A stretch of 64,000 bases of DNA from Trichosphaerium sp. ATCC 40318 (Eukaryota; Protista; Tubulinea), in the NCBI GenBank assembly GCA_038496445.1, contig JALMLS010000143.1, positions 1 to 64,000 of the forward strand. The letters are read 5' to 3'. The notes beneath the pieces were generated by a model, which saw only the letters and a list, made by a program, of their open reading frames with translations, did not search any database and was not told where the DNA came from. This document shows, piece after piece, positions 1 to 11,870 of this stretch. A program made the translations under genes and the position numbers. The first letter of the stretch is position 1. Every line of letters starts with the position of its first letter.

Positions 1-59
1 CTTAGGTGGTTGTGCTTCACTTAGGTGGGGAACGGATTTTCTTTGATGAATTCAAATAA
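1..59 (+). CDS. Possible terminal exon of a gene starting before the window (VVVLHLGGERIFFDEFK*)
   Basis: cttag acceptor-like motif at 1-5 followed by an open frame to TAA; no recognisable homology. Confidence 0.25.
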
Positions 60-167
60 AATGGCGAGAAATTATACTTCAAACAAAACCCCATAACGTA
101 ACAACATGGCATCTACAAGAACTTGGGGAAGACAATACGAAGAAAATACCAGCAACCTTTACAATCC

Positions 168-786
168 ATGGTACGTTCCTGGCTTTTGCCTACTACTCTT
201 TTTTGCCGTTTATTAGCCGGCTTACGCGTTGAAAAGGGAAGGGAGGCAAGTACAAACTCTAAAGAAACGAAAACAAGCTGTTTCTCAACGAAATCTACCA
301 GAAGGGTTTTTAGAGGTTAAATCATGGGATGACGCATCCTACATGTCTGATATTATTGATACAAGAGATAAAGACGTTACACGCATCACAAGGTACCCAA
401 AAAATAAGGTTTTTCTGATCGTTTATTGACTACTTAAAGGGACATGGCTGACATCAATGAAGTCATGAGGGATCTTGCAGAAATGGTTGAGGCTGATGGT
501 TATCTCATTGGTGCGTACTCTTCATATCTTTGCCGAGCATGTCTCATTATGTAAATTAGATAACATTGAAACACATATTGATGATGTAGGAGAAAATACC
601 AAGATTGCTTTGAAAGAAATTCAAAAAGCTGACAAAAGTCAGCGAGCAAAACGCAAACGGTACCACTTTCTTAATACTTTCTATCAATATTACTTACACA
701 TTAAAAGGAATTGGTGCCTAGGACTTACTGGAGTTGGTGTAACGGCTGCAGTGATTGCAACACTGGCCATTTTTCGACCAAGATAA
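168..786 (+). CDS. Syntaxin-like (Qa) t-SNARE with C-terminal TM anchor, about 5 exons
   Basis: Spliced product contains DMADINEVMRDLAEMVEADGYLIDNIETHIDDVGENTKIALKEIQKA (syntaxin-7-like SNARE heptads), basic RAKRKR and a hydrophobic tail; GT-AG introns near 171-216, 393-439, 511-559, 660-707. Start codon uncertain. Confidence 0.8.
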
Positions 787-1151
787 AAACAACAATCTCA
801 AACTTTTCGCAACACAAACTGACATGTCTATAAATCTGATACTGTATAATAAACCTTGTAAATATTACACCATGAAAACAAGTTTGAGTGTTCTTAATTG
901 TTAACATCGTCATGAAGTACTGGTTGGTTATATAAATGAAGTACCTTCTGAAGTTTAAAAATAAGAGTAACATTATTTCAAAATGCGTGACTTCTTCTCA
1001 ACTAGTTTGAATGTACTTTCAGAATAAAAAAACGGTAGAGTTAGATTGTGCGTTATTCATTGTACATAGCTTCCTTATCTATCATTAATGTTCATTAGAG
1101 GCAATTCAATCTTTAATGTGAATCAACAACGCGTTGCATAGAACCTGAAAC

Positions 1152-1922
1152 TCATCCATAGGAGCAATTTGAAGAATACAATTTGTGACCAGAATGTTTA
1201 GAATATTTCCCTACCTCTACCACTCCATCGCTTATTTTGTAATTGAGGCATCTTGTATTTTTAGAAACAAAGATACGGTCAGTTTTCTTTTGAAGACAGC
1301 TTGCTGTCTCATCTAAAACCAAGCGATTCAAACAAACAGCGCCTTTTGTTTCATCAACAGTAAATGTTCCTATCTCTACTGTTGTACCGTAATAGCTAGA
1401 ACCACTTTCAATCCTCAAAGTAGCGAACATTGAGCAAGAACCATCAATATCTTGCTGAGAAACAAGTCTTTGATTGATCAGATATTCCCAAATATGTGGT
1501 GATGGGTATTGCGGTCCTCTCCATCTGATGCAGAGATAAATACTCTCAAAAAATTCGTATATTTTACCCTTATTTCTTCCACGCTTCCACACTCCTTCTC
1601 TTGGGAATAGGTGTTGTTGAGGTTGAACAAAAAAGTTCACAAGCCAGAGATATCCAAAATTACTTGTGTAGAATCCGTTAATACAGCGAAGAAGTGACAA
1701 ACTCCTGAGAGCGGTTGTGTCTTCTCTGAGCTTGATAATAGATTTCAAACGCCATGTAGGAGAATTCAAGGATAACAATTGTTGCCAGAAAGCACTGTTG
1801 TTTTTGTGCTTGATGTAAAGTTGTTTTGTAGTCATGAGCAAATACTTGACATCATTGAAGTCACATTTTGTACAAATCATACAAAACACATCTGAGACTA
1901 ACGAACTTATTATGTCACTCAT
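1152..1922 (-). CDS. Intronless protein with N-terminal F-box-like motif, unknown C-terminal domain
   Basis: 256-aa uninterrupted ORF; N-terminus IISSLVSDVFCMICTKCDFNDVKYLLMTTKQLY...FW matches F-box spacing, although the usual LP is LV. Confidence 0.6.
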   Translation of the reverse strand: MSDIISSLVSDVFCMICTKCDFNDVKYLLMTTKQLYIKHKNNSAFWQQLLSLNSPTWRLKSIIKLREDTTALRSLSLLRCINGFYTSNFGYLWLVNFFVQPQQHLFPREGVWKRGRNKGKIYEFFESIYLCIRWRGPQYPSPHIWEYLINQRLVSQQDIDGSCSMFATLRIESGSSYYGTTVEIGTFTVDETKGAVCLNRLVLDETASCLQKKTDRIFVSKNTRCLNYKISDGVVEVGKYSKHSGHKLYSSNCSYG

Positions 1923-2539
1923 ACTTTGTTTAACTATTAATAACTTGAAGTTTCTTTATTTCGTTCGAGAGGATTTTGATAAATATAAAAGCTTCACTGG
2001 CACTTGATACAACTGCTGTTGTGCTTGTACAAAACTAATAATGAACCTTCAAAGAATGTAAGAGAATTTCATTTAATGCTTTTTAACAACTTGTCATTAT
2101 TAATCAAGACTCACAGAATATGACAATACACTTCACTGTACTTTTGGGGTAATATAGCTAACAGCCTTCGTACTTTCGTGTCCTATAATAATTGTTGAAA
2201 TAAAAGGGAACTCCCTTTGAGGTTGCAATAAAAATACAAAGACATGGCAACGAACCTTAACAGCACATCAACAAGTTACATTAAAAAATATCTGTACAAC
2301 CAGTTACCTTTGTCCGAGAAAAATGAGCAACCTAGTGTGGTATTTGGTAAAAGTACTAAACATCTAGTACCCCTTGTTAAAGCTCGGTTAGTAGTAAAAA
2401 CAGCATCTCACTTTCAGATTCTTACTTTTTGCTGTTTAGAAAATTCGCATCATATTCAACCACGTTTTTTTGGTTAGCCAAGCTGGAGTTGTATTTATTC
2501 ATCATACTATTGTTTTAATAGTAGAGATGCACAGTGAAC

Positions 2540-4300
2540 GTGTCCCACGTCATCATACTTGAAATCCCGCAAATACTTCGTGTGAAATCATTCATGGGGT
2601 TTCTGTTCAGCCGCAATACTTCGTTGAACTGAAGGCTGAAAATGTGTGACGACAACTTTCTTCGTTCCAATGGGATGAAGGATTTCTCCAGGGAGTTCCT
2701 TCGTATTTAGAGCGCTCATATCTGCATTGCAAATGCAAGCAGTATAGCGCAAAAAAACACTTTGGGGCACGCCACGCTATCACCTCTTTTGCTTTTGGTG
2801 CCCAGATTATGGTGTTTGCTTCGCGTGTGAACAAAACTGAGCTAACATTGCTCTAGATTACCGCCCTCGCCATCAACAGGAAGGAATTATGATGCATATT
2901 TATAGTGAGAAGGCACCTACGAGCACTTTCATGAAGCAGTTTAAAAACAAGGTTGGTTGCAACAAGTTTTTTATTATTAAGCGATATGTTTTATGGTCTC
3001 AGCAATACTTTGAGCCGAGCTCTTATCACTATACGCTTCCACCACAAGTAGTAACTCATTTATGTTTGTTTTACCTTTGCGAAGTTTAATATCTGCTTTT
3101 TTTCTGGAAATAATCATGTATGTCACTTTACATCGCATTTTCTCCAAGTCTACGATAACTACCCAACCTTTTGCATACTCCACTTTTTTAGAAACAATAA
3201 ATCTACCCATATTAGATCCAAAATGCCAATCTGGAGGTATAACAAATCCTAATATTTTTGAAGAGTCAGCGACACAAAAGAAACCGCAAAGAAAAGAATG
3301 AAGTTTGCCTTACCATCAATTTCAGCAACAATTGGTTCTACAAGATGCACGTGTTTATCTGCTGGTCTTAGAGAATCAAAGCCTATCTATACCGTATTAA
3401 TAAACAAACAACAATGATAGGCTTGTAGTTGGTAACAGAATAAACGCTGATATGATTGTTCTGACTTGAGGAACTTTAAGAGTTTGTGGAATAACAACCG
3501 TCGCAGCAATCACATCAGCGCTAATTTAATTACCCACGTCAGGCCCTACCAACTACCAAAAGAGTATCGCACAGTGCCGGGATCTGCTAAATCGCCTAAC
3601 TTGCAATTGGTCGCATTATATAAACCTAAACATTAATAAGAAAATTGAACTTGTAATATCACTCACGTGCCAATAAGAGGATAACGTGAAATGCCAAGGC
3701 GTTCTGTGCCATCTGAAACATCGTCTTCGAATAACCATCCTAGTTTGACGTCAAAAAAAGGCAACCAACTCCAGTGCATGACTATTTTTTTTTTCAATAA
3801 GTGTCTAATTGGCACCTTGGCATAGTATGTGGTGGAATTCGCGATCATCTAAGGCTTTTGACACCACTAGATCCAAAGACCACTCCAAATCGTCCATATC
3901 TCTTGGTGGCTTCTTTATATTCGCAATTCTATCGTTTTGAGGTATTTTGGACTCCAAGTTGTACGCTTGGTTAATTTTCTCCATTACCCACTGTTTCCAT
4001 TCCCAGTCCCCAATGAGTGATGTTTTACGCGCATCAGACGGATTTAGTAGTGTTGTAGCGTATACCGATTTACAAACTCTAAACGCATCGCCAGATCCAG
4101 AACCTGACGCTCGGTGTTACGAAAAACGTCTTTAAAATTAACGGAAACGAAGTTGGTACCAATAAACACTGAATTAGACACTTCAAGAGTTGGACATCGC
4201 TCTATTCTATCAAATGCGAGTGAAACTTGCATCTCTACTCTGCATTTATCGGCAGCACTTAACTTAACATTCAACTACCACGCTGATTACGTGAAGTGTG
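2540..4300 (-). pseudogene. Disrupted coding-like region, possibly mobile/viral relic with CE-clan cysteine-protease-like motifs
   Basis: Protein-like fragments in shifting frames with stops and without clean introns; contains YHCCLFI..*IGFDSL...SFLCGFFC. Confidence 0.3.
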
Positions 4301-4481
4301 CTTGAATTTACTAGATTTGTCTTTTGCATTTTTATTCTGCAATCATAGCAACTCCTCTTCACAAAAAAAGTACGTTAATCACCACTCGTCGTTTGATTAG
4401 TTAGTTTCTTTCACAAACCCTAAAACAAGCTTTTATGCTTCCAGTTTTGATTCACAATCTTATAATTTGCTTAGTACCATC

Positions 4482-5103
4482 ATGGCAACTTGGTCAACAG
4501 GTCTATTTCACGTTTTCGCTGATTTGGAAGTCTTGTACGTACCCCAAAGAGTCTCATTTAGTTGTTTTAAACACTCGTATGGTTTGTTGCACGAGAGTGT
4601 GAGTTCTGTGCGCTTTCTCAAAACGACGAAGTTCTCTGTTTGTTTATTTGCATTTTCCGTCGCTTATATAGTTTTTTTAAGCCTATACGGTGCTCTAGCC
4701 CCACAATGCTTGGCAGTTGAAAACAAAATGAAAATCGAAAAACCGGAACATGGTGAGGGAAATGGTCCCCTAGGTGCGTAGATCAACGGTATTATCATTT
4801 TACAACGCTAACGATGTAAAACTAGGAACTGGTATGGTACAAGACGATATGTCCCGTCTTATCTCTTTTGTCCTTTGCTACTGCATTCCTTGCGTTCGTG
4901 TATGCTGGAGAGGATCTGTTCGCGAAAAATACGGTATTGGCGGAAGTTTTGTTGGTGATCTTGTTTCAGCGCTTGTTTGCTGGCAAATGAGCATCTGCCA
5001 AGAGGCTCGTGAGATCAAAGCACGCAACGGTGGACTCAAAGCTGCCCGCGCTTCAAACCTACCTGAATTGACACAACCTTTAATGATGACTGATGACAAC
5101 TAA
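4482..5103 (+). CDS. PLAC8 (Cys-rich) family protein, 3 exons
   Basis: N-terminal WSTGLF, then RGSVREKYGIGGSFVGDL..ALVCWQMSICQEAREIK, the PLAC8 signature. Confidence 0.85.
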
Positions 5104-5613
5104 ACGTTCACATTTTTTTTTATCTTTGAAGATACTGTATAATTTATTACCCATCGGTCTTAATAAAACCATATTAAACCAACTTCTCCCTTTCTTCGAA
5201 TAGCATAAAATAACCTCACACGGCGCACGATGTAGAATACAAAAATAAGTTGCAGAGAAACTCATTATAGTCAAGTGCTGGATGTTACCAGCGTAGGAGT
5301 TATCATTATTTGTACAAAAGGGCTCCAATGTCAGAATTGACGTGCAATAACGCAATGTTGTTTTAGTGCTTCACTCAAAATACTTCTCCGTTACAAGCCC
5401 TTGTCTTCTACATTTGTTGTCATTGGTGGATGCATTAACTCGTCTATCGAAATCGCGTATGTAAGACAGCATGTCACAATCTAATATGAGGTTTATTGCA
5501 ATAATCACTGTTTTCACAACAAAATACATTGTACTACCCCGTATTATCTATTGGCACGTGGCTTTGCGCACTTACTGTAGTTTTCTCAACAAGAAAATGA
5601 TGTACACGTGACG

Positions 5614-6396
5614 TTATTGTTCTGATTTTCTCCAAAAAGACAAGGAAGCAAGATGTGATGATCGGTCTGGAAATATTGTTAAGCTTCTAAGCACGTGTTC
5701 GTAACCGTTCACAACGGTTATATAGTCATCTTCTGCTTTTATCAAAGCAATACCCGCTCTATTAGCTGCTTTGACTTCCAACAAATAGCATCTAGGTCCC
5801 AGTTGAGGCCGTTCAACGAATGTCGTCACATAACCGTTTGTGTTAGGGTATATACTGTGTCCATCTTCGTAATACTTGTGAACTTCGCCAGCCATACTCT
5901 CAGGACCAAATGTGTCATATGTACACTTCCAGGTGCCAACGAGAATATCCAATAGCCTGATTACCTTAAATCTAAACAGTTCAGATGTCCCATACTCGTT
6001 GTACAACCGTGACAAGTCTGTAGGATCGATTGGTACACAAAGTGCCGTTAGTAATTGTAAAGATTTGAGGGATTGCAGTAGATCTAGTTGTATGGGCTCG
6101 TAGAAGTCGCAGTATGATATATCAAGAGATGTCACGCTTGTTTTCCACAGATAAGTGCAAAGTACTTTAAAATCTATTGGTTCAGGTTCAGGAGCTATGT
6201 ACACGCGTTCTACATGTTTACATTGCTTAAGAAGTATCAATGCACTGTGACTGACGATAATCTCGTTTAGAGTTTCTAAGACACGCATTGAAGCTTTTTT
6301 AAGCGCTTTACATGTAACTTGAATTGCCAGGTTCATTTCCACGTCTAAAGCTTTGACAATCTCATATTGAACATCGAAGGGCATCATAGAGAGCAT
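5614..6396 (-). CDS. Intronless F-box protein with short LRR-like segment
   Basis: 260-aa ORF; LSMMPFDVQYEIVKALD..LAIQVTCKALK is F-box-like; VTSLDISYC and LKSLQLL are LRR-like. Confidence 0.7.
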   Translation of the reverse strand: MLSMMPFDVQYEIVKALDVEMNLAIQVTCKALKKASMRVLETLNEIIVSHSALILLKQCKHVERVYIAPEPEPIDFKVLCTYLWKTSVTSLDISYCDFYEPIQLDLLQSLKSLQLLTALCVPIDPTDLSRLYNEYGTSELFRFKVIRLLDILVGTWKCTYDTFGPESMAGEVHKYYEDGHSIYPNTNGYVTTFVERPQLGPRCYLLEVKAANRAGIALIKAEDDYITVVNGYEHVLRSLTIFPDRSSHLASLSFWRKSEQ

Positions 6397-6419
6397 GTTG
6401 AGCGTTAGTCGTTACTTCA

Positions 6420-7950
6420 CGTTAAAATGACTTGTTATGACTTACCTGTTGGCGTTTTTACAATCCTGCAGAACCACGCCCGCACATAACTCCATCAATA
6501 ACTTGAGTTACATAAGCGTAATAATCTTGCTCTTCATCTCGTATGGGTCAACACGTGATATCGAAACATACTCGGTTTCAAAAACTAAAAACTGTCACAA
6601 TGCAAAGGCCTAACTGGTTGATATGACGCTGTATGCTTGATCGATTGTTGATAGATTGTGGTGATTGCAAAAAATGGCAAAAAGACGCGGTTTTACCGTT
6701 TCTTCCACTCGGACTAGTACGCTCCACTAATCGAATGATCACTCAATCATCCACAACGAACGATACCAGATCTGGCGGCGTAGCGTGTGGTGCTTGCTAC
6801 GACGTCTGACTTGGTACAAGGACGGTTTCTTTGGCGGAGCTAGCTTGCCTTCCAAGCGTAGTCTCTTTCTAAGAGCCTTCCTTTTTGCGTATATATTGGG
6901 GTTTTTCTTGTGAGTCGCGGGCGCTGCAGTCTCCAAAGATTCTAAGAAGACTATCAGCTGGCTTAGAAGCACACCTGACGCTCTCTTCATTAAGTCATCA
7001 AATGACATTAAACCCTCATCAATTGCCTGGAGTAAGCGGTAGAGAAGACTTAATATCAGTTGTACACTGAAGAGGAAGAGATTGAAAGATTGCTCTAAGG
7101 AGAGTACTGGAACTATACCAAACATATACATAATACGTTTTTTATTGTGTCTATAAATGTTGCCAAATTTGTTTATAAACCCTTAAAAAAGCAATCGAAA
7201 TAAATTGTGGGATACACTTCACAGAAATATCCATTTTAATTACTCAATTATGGATAATGCACATTTACAAACGCTTGTAAACCCTTGTGGTTGTTACTTT
7301 AGGGTGTGAGAACCGTTTTGACGATTTTTTGGATCGCAACATGTGCTTCTAAACGAGTACTACGTCCGATTTTATATCGAATGTAATTTTAGTTGCTCCA
7401 CCGCGTTACACCGGTGCTAGCAAACATTTGGTGCCTTCGTTCTACAATACGAAAAGAAGCTATGGTGGATATTCGGTGAAATGAGTTGCAAAGAAAAGTA
7501 GAACGACTATACAAATTTGTGAAACGAACTGGTTTTTTCTTCCATTTTTAGGTTAGCAGGTGTCGTTTCGTTCACAGTCGCTTTAAAACTGCTTTTGTCA
7601 AGATCTCTTGGTAGATAATTTGTAACGGTTAAATAATATCTTGACCACAACATACTTGCAGTCGTAGTATCAACACGAGTAGACACAAATAAATGGTACT
7701 AGAATTCAAAATGTCGAATTCAGCCAAGAATAATTATGAAAGCCGCTAAAAGGTCGATTCAGAGTCTCCGCGCGTAGTTGTATGGAATAAAGCATTTTAT
7801 CGTAGTTTGATAGAGTTTCTTAAAATATGTCTAAAAGCCTCCTAACTATCACGAGATGCATTTAATATATAGTTGCAGGTCATAGTGATTACTTTAAAGG
7901 CGCTATGAGGGTTCTACTCTTTTAAATATTCAAAAAAAGTAATGTATTTT
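6420..7950 (-). mobile_element. Decayed coding-like region, possibly hAT-type transposase relic
   Basis: Broken frames without clean introns; LLAP/VTRWSN near 7390-7425 resembles the hAT TRWxS motif. No TIRs or TSD identified. Confidence 0.2.
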
Positions 7951-7991
7951 ACGCGGCGCCACTAGTTGCGATTCTAATTCTGTTTATTTTG

Positions 7992-10900
7992 TTACTTTTT
8001 TTTTTCTTCAGCAGTTGGTTCACCACGTAATTTCTCGTACACTGGTTGCTTGGCTTGTTTTTTAACAAGTGTAATTACAGGCCAATGAGGGTGACCATCG
8101 AATGAAAATTTTGCAGTCAATGTATCATCCTTCAGTTGCTTGTTATGTGGAAGCTTAGACAATCCGGTGTAGTTCGTGTGAGCGACCTAAAGCAACCAGT
8201 AAGCTGTTGAACAATGACAGAAACTCAAAAGAAAAAGAGTTTAACACTCTTAAAGACATACCAACTTGACACGCTTGATGGTGTTCTTGAGTGCGTCTGG
8301 TGTATCAGCATGTGAATTCAACTCGTTGAATCCCTCTAAAGCGAGTTTGTAAGAATCCAATGAACCTCTGAAGACGTCTTGAAGCTGAAGCAGAAGTTAG
8401 AAAAAGTGAATAGAGCAATGTTTTAAAAAGTTACCTTAAATGACTTAAAATTGGTCCCTTGTTGCTTGAACTTGTGCCAAGCCTCAGAAGGAGGATGAGG
8501 AAGCGTATAGAATGCTGAGAAGCGATGATAAAAATTCATTTGAGGAGAACCAAACTTAAACTAAAGGAGCTAAGTGAGTCTTGAGTTTTGATTTAAAATG
8601 ATGTTACCTCTGGAATGAAAATCTTATCGTTCATCATGAGTACTGCAATATGCTTTAAAAAAAATGCTTAGAAGGTAAAGAATAATAAATATATGTTAAC
8701 TTACTCTTAGTACACCTCTACAGAGGTTTTGGTATGCGAGGATATACTTATGAAGGTAATTGAAAGGAAGTGGTTGCTTGACAATGCGTTCCTTTTGTCT
8801 TATGGTAAGTGTCTTCTTGCGCTTGCCTATTGATAGAGTCAACACGAAAATAGGCTTTTATTATATGTGTAATTACTGGTGACCGATAGAGGGAGGTCAT
8901 GGACGGACAACGTACCTTTGTTGCCTTTTTTTCCTTTTTGATTTTTTCTTCCTTTTTGAGGTTGACTTTTTGGTGGTTGTTTACCACCCATTGGTGGCTT
9001 CACCCAACCGTTTGTGTTGCCTACAAAAGTCAGTTTTAATTTCTAAAACATTCTCCGAAAGCACAAATACGTACGCAAAAGGTTATGCCTCAATACATGT
9101 TCAAAACTGTTTGACCTTCTCAAATATAAAGTATCCATGTACCTAATTTTTGATAAGTTTGAGGTTTTTCTTCTCGCTTAAAAGAGAGTCATACCAGTAG
9201 ATCATAAAGTATTCATCTGGTCTGTAGAGTTGTAACTCAAATCCCAATTGAAGGTAACGAATCATTGATACGTATAATAGATCCATGTAAAGAGAAAGAA
9301 AGTATCGTGGGTAATCATAAGGGAACTAAAAGATTTCGAAATGAGTTATTTGATTACAACCATGTTTTTAAATATTGTACCGAATCTGCGCTAGAAAGAC
9401 CACATAGTGCTGTATCAACTTGATCACTCTAATAAAAAGTAAATAAAAACCTGGCTCATGCAATCGGAGAGGCAATACATCGCAGGGGTTTTATGATTTC
9501 AAGAAAAAAAGGGGAATGCATTTGGTGTCTTTTCTGGATTGTTGGGTTTTTTTGTACCTCTGTTATCCAGTGCATCCAGTAGTCAAATTCCTTACTTAAG
9601 CGACGCCTTTGTTGGGCTTTGTTCAATGAAAATACTTGATACTGGCGAAGAACAACCTTTGAAAAAGAAAAAAGTCAGCCTTTTTATGTATTTTAGAAAG
9701 TCGCAAAAAATTGAATACGAACCCTTCCAGCAGTCTCAATTGATAAGTTAGTATCAATATCTTTCTTTTGGCCAAATGTACGGCTTGGTACAGCAAAGAA
9801 TTTTGTAGCCATGTCCCTTGTAAGCTCCATTGGTGACTCTTTTCCGAAAATCAGTAAATCTTCTTTATCAGGTACTCTCTTAAAGATGCTATGCTACAAT
9901 AGTGTAAGAAACGCATAAAACATTGCGATAGACTATCATGACAAAAACAAAAACAAAAAAGTCAAGAAATTTCACCGCGCAAGAAAAAGTTCTTTGAGGC
10001 AAGCTAAACATGTCTTTCTTTCTTCCTTTGTTATTAGCGTAATTTTTGCTACGCACCACAAGTGTGATACGAATAATAGCGCTAGAAGCATTATCCATAA
10101 GCTCCCAGATGAAAAATCGTAAAGTGAATAGATTGTTATATGCTGTTATATCACAAAGCTTCATAAAATTACGGAGAACATTTGTAAGGTGTGGCACTGC
10201 TTCTAAAAATGTCCACGGTGTAATTGGCTTCAATGGAGAATTTGCATAGCGTTTACCCATATCACTCCTAAAGACATCTGGAACCTAACATAGAATTGTT
10301 AATAACACGTGATATTACAAGCACAATTAATAGCTTGTTACTATGTTGTGTCCGTTGTGTGTCCACAAAGTAAACACATTACCAAACATATGTGTTAAAT
10401 GTATTGACACCAATTTTTAGAGTAGGGCAGACGTACCTTTAGCAGTTCTTGAGATTGTTTCAACTTGTTAATTTGAACAACACAACCCAAAAATGTTCTT
10501 TTTGCTGTAGTGAATTCACGAGCTTCTAGTTGAACCCAAGCTTTTTGGTAAGACTATCAATAAATTAAGCATAACAGAAACACGTGTAAAAAAACCATAA
10601 TTCTCAAAAGAAAACCAAATGTGACAGTTGCGATTCAAGTTGATGTGTCAATCTTCACTGAATAAAATCTCACCTTGTGAAACATTAATCGCGTTATCAG
10701 TGCTTGTCTGATTTTTTCCTCTTCGTCTGCTTCACATTTCAGCTTCATTTCTATTAAATATTAGCATAACAATGAAAAAATTTGAAAACCTTTATTTTTT
10801 AGCTTTGTGAGCAAATCATCGCATTTCTCGAACGTTTCGTTCATGTCTATATCAGGAATAGCAATACCAGATATAACAGCAGAAAAATCATCTACCTACA

Positions 10901-11747
10901 TTTCTTGTCAACCTCACCAACTGGAAAAAAACCCGAAAGAAATTTCGGAAAAAAATAAAATAGTTTTGCCGTTTAAAAATTAGCTAATATCTTGTTACCT
11001 CATAGTTATCTGTGTTTTTAGCCATACCACGTATAGTCTTACACCTTGCGAGGTAGAATTTTATAACAACCTCGAGAATAGGGTTATCCTTGATGACTTT
11101 ATGATCGAACATGTAATAGCACGAAAATAGAGTCTGTATCAACTGAGCACCGCTGTACCACATGAGCTAGGAAAGAGTGAGTATATTATGGCTTGTAGTC
11201 TCATTTTTTGTGCCTCCAGAGTAAGCAAGTGATCAATGACGCCCATTGTTTCGCTGTAAGTGAGATCGCAAGGCTTTGTGAGGGTACCATCTAGCATGTG
11301 CTCGTACAGCGTTTTTACTTCTCCTGCACCAACGCACGGATCCATTTTATCCATGAGCTACTCTGGAATAAGAAACAACGCCTTCACAACGAAATGGTGG
11401 TAATTTCTTCGCGTTTCATACCTCTATAGCGCCCATAGCTTCTACAAGCGTAAATCTATCACCATACACCATTTGTGCAGGTTTCATTTCTAATTATCTT
11501 GTTGGTTTAAAGAAACAGTTAACACTCTATCGTACCATCCGCTACATCCCATAATAAGCTTTTTACATCACTCCATATTGGATCTGGCCTTTTTTCTTTC
11601 TGTTTCTTCTCTACTGTTGTACTGGTGTCCTTTGGTTTATCCTCATTAGTAACCGCTTCTACTGGCTCATTTGTCGGTCTATTATGCTTATTAGATAAAC
11701 GAGCGTTAAAAGCACAATTACTCTGCGTTCTTGACCGGCTCACTCAT
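7992..11747 (-). CDS. NAA35: NatC auxiliary subunit (Mak10/NAA35), multi-exon
   Basis: Spliced motifs FTLVEAMGAIELMDKMDP, DHLLTLELMWYSGAQLIQTLFSCYY, GFELQLY, AYQNLCRG and C-terminal FSFDGHPHWPVI match Mak10-family conservation. Confidence 0.88.
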
Positions 11748-11870
11748 TATCGCTATTGACACCTGATTTTTTTCGCTGTAGCAGACTTTTGTTTATTCAA
11801 ACGTTTTCACTGTTTGGCCCAAATTTCTTGTTGTGAGGGTTTTTTTCTGTATAATTATACTCGCTACGAC
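11748..11870. promoter_or_regulatory. Putative bidirectional promoter between NAA35 and NTMT1
   Basis: 123 bp between two divergent start codons. Confidence 0.55.

Noticed and set aside
8735-8750. ATATCCT as an AT-AC intron donor in NAA35
   Set aside because: It lies in coding sequence (KYILAYQNLCRG) that fits the Mak10 family.
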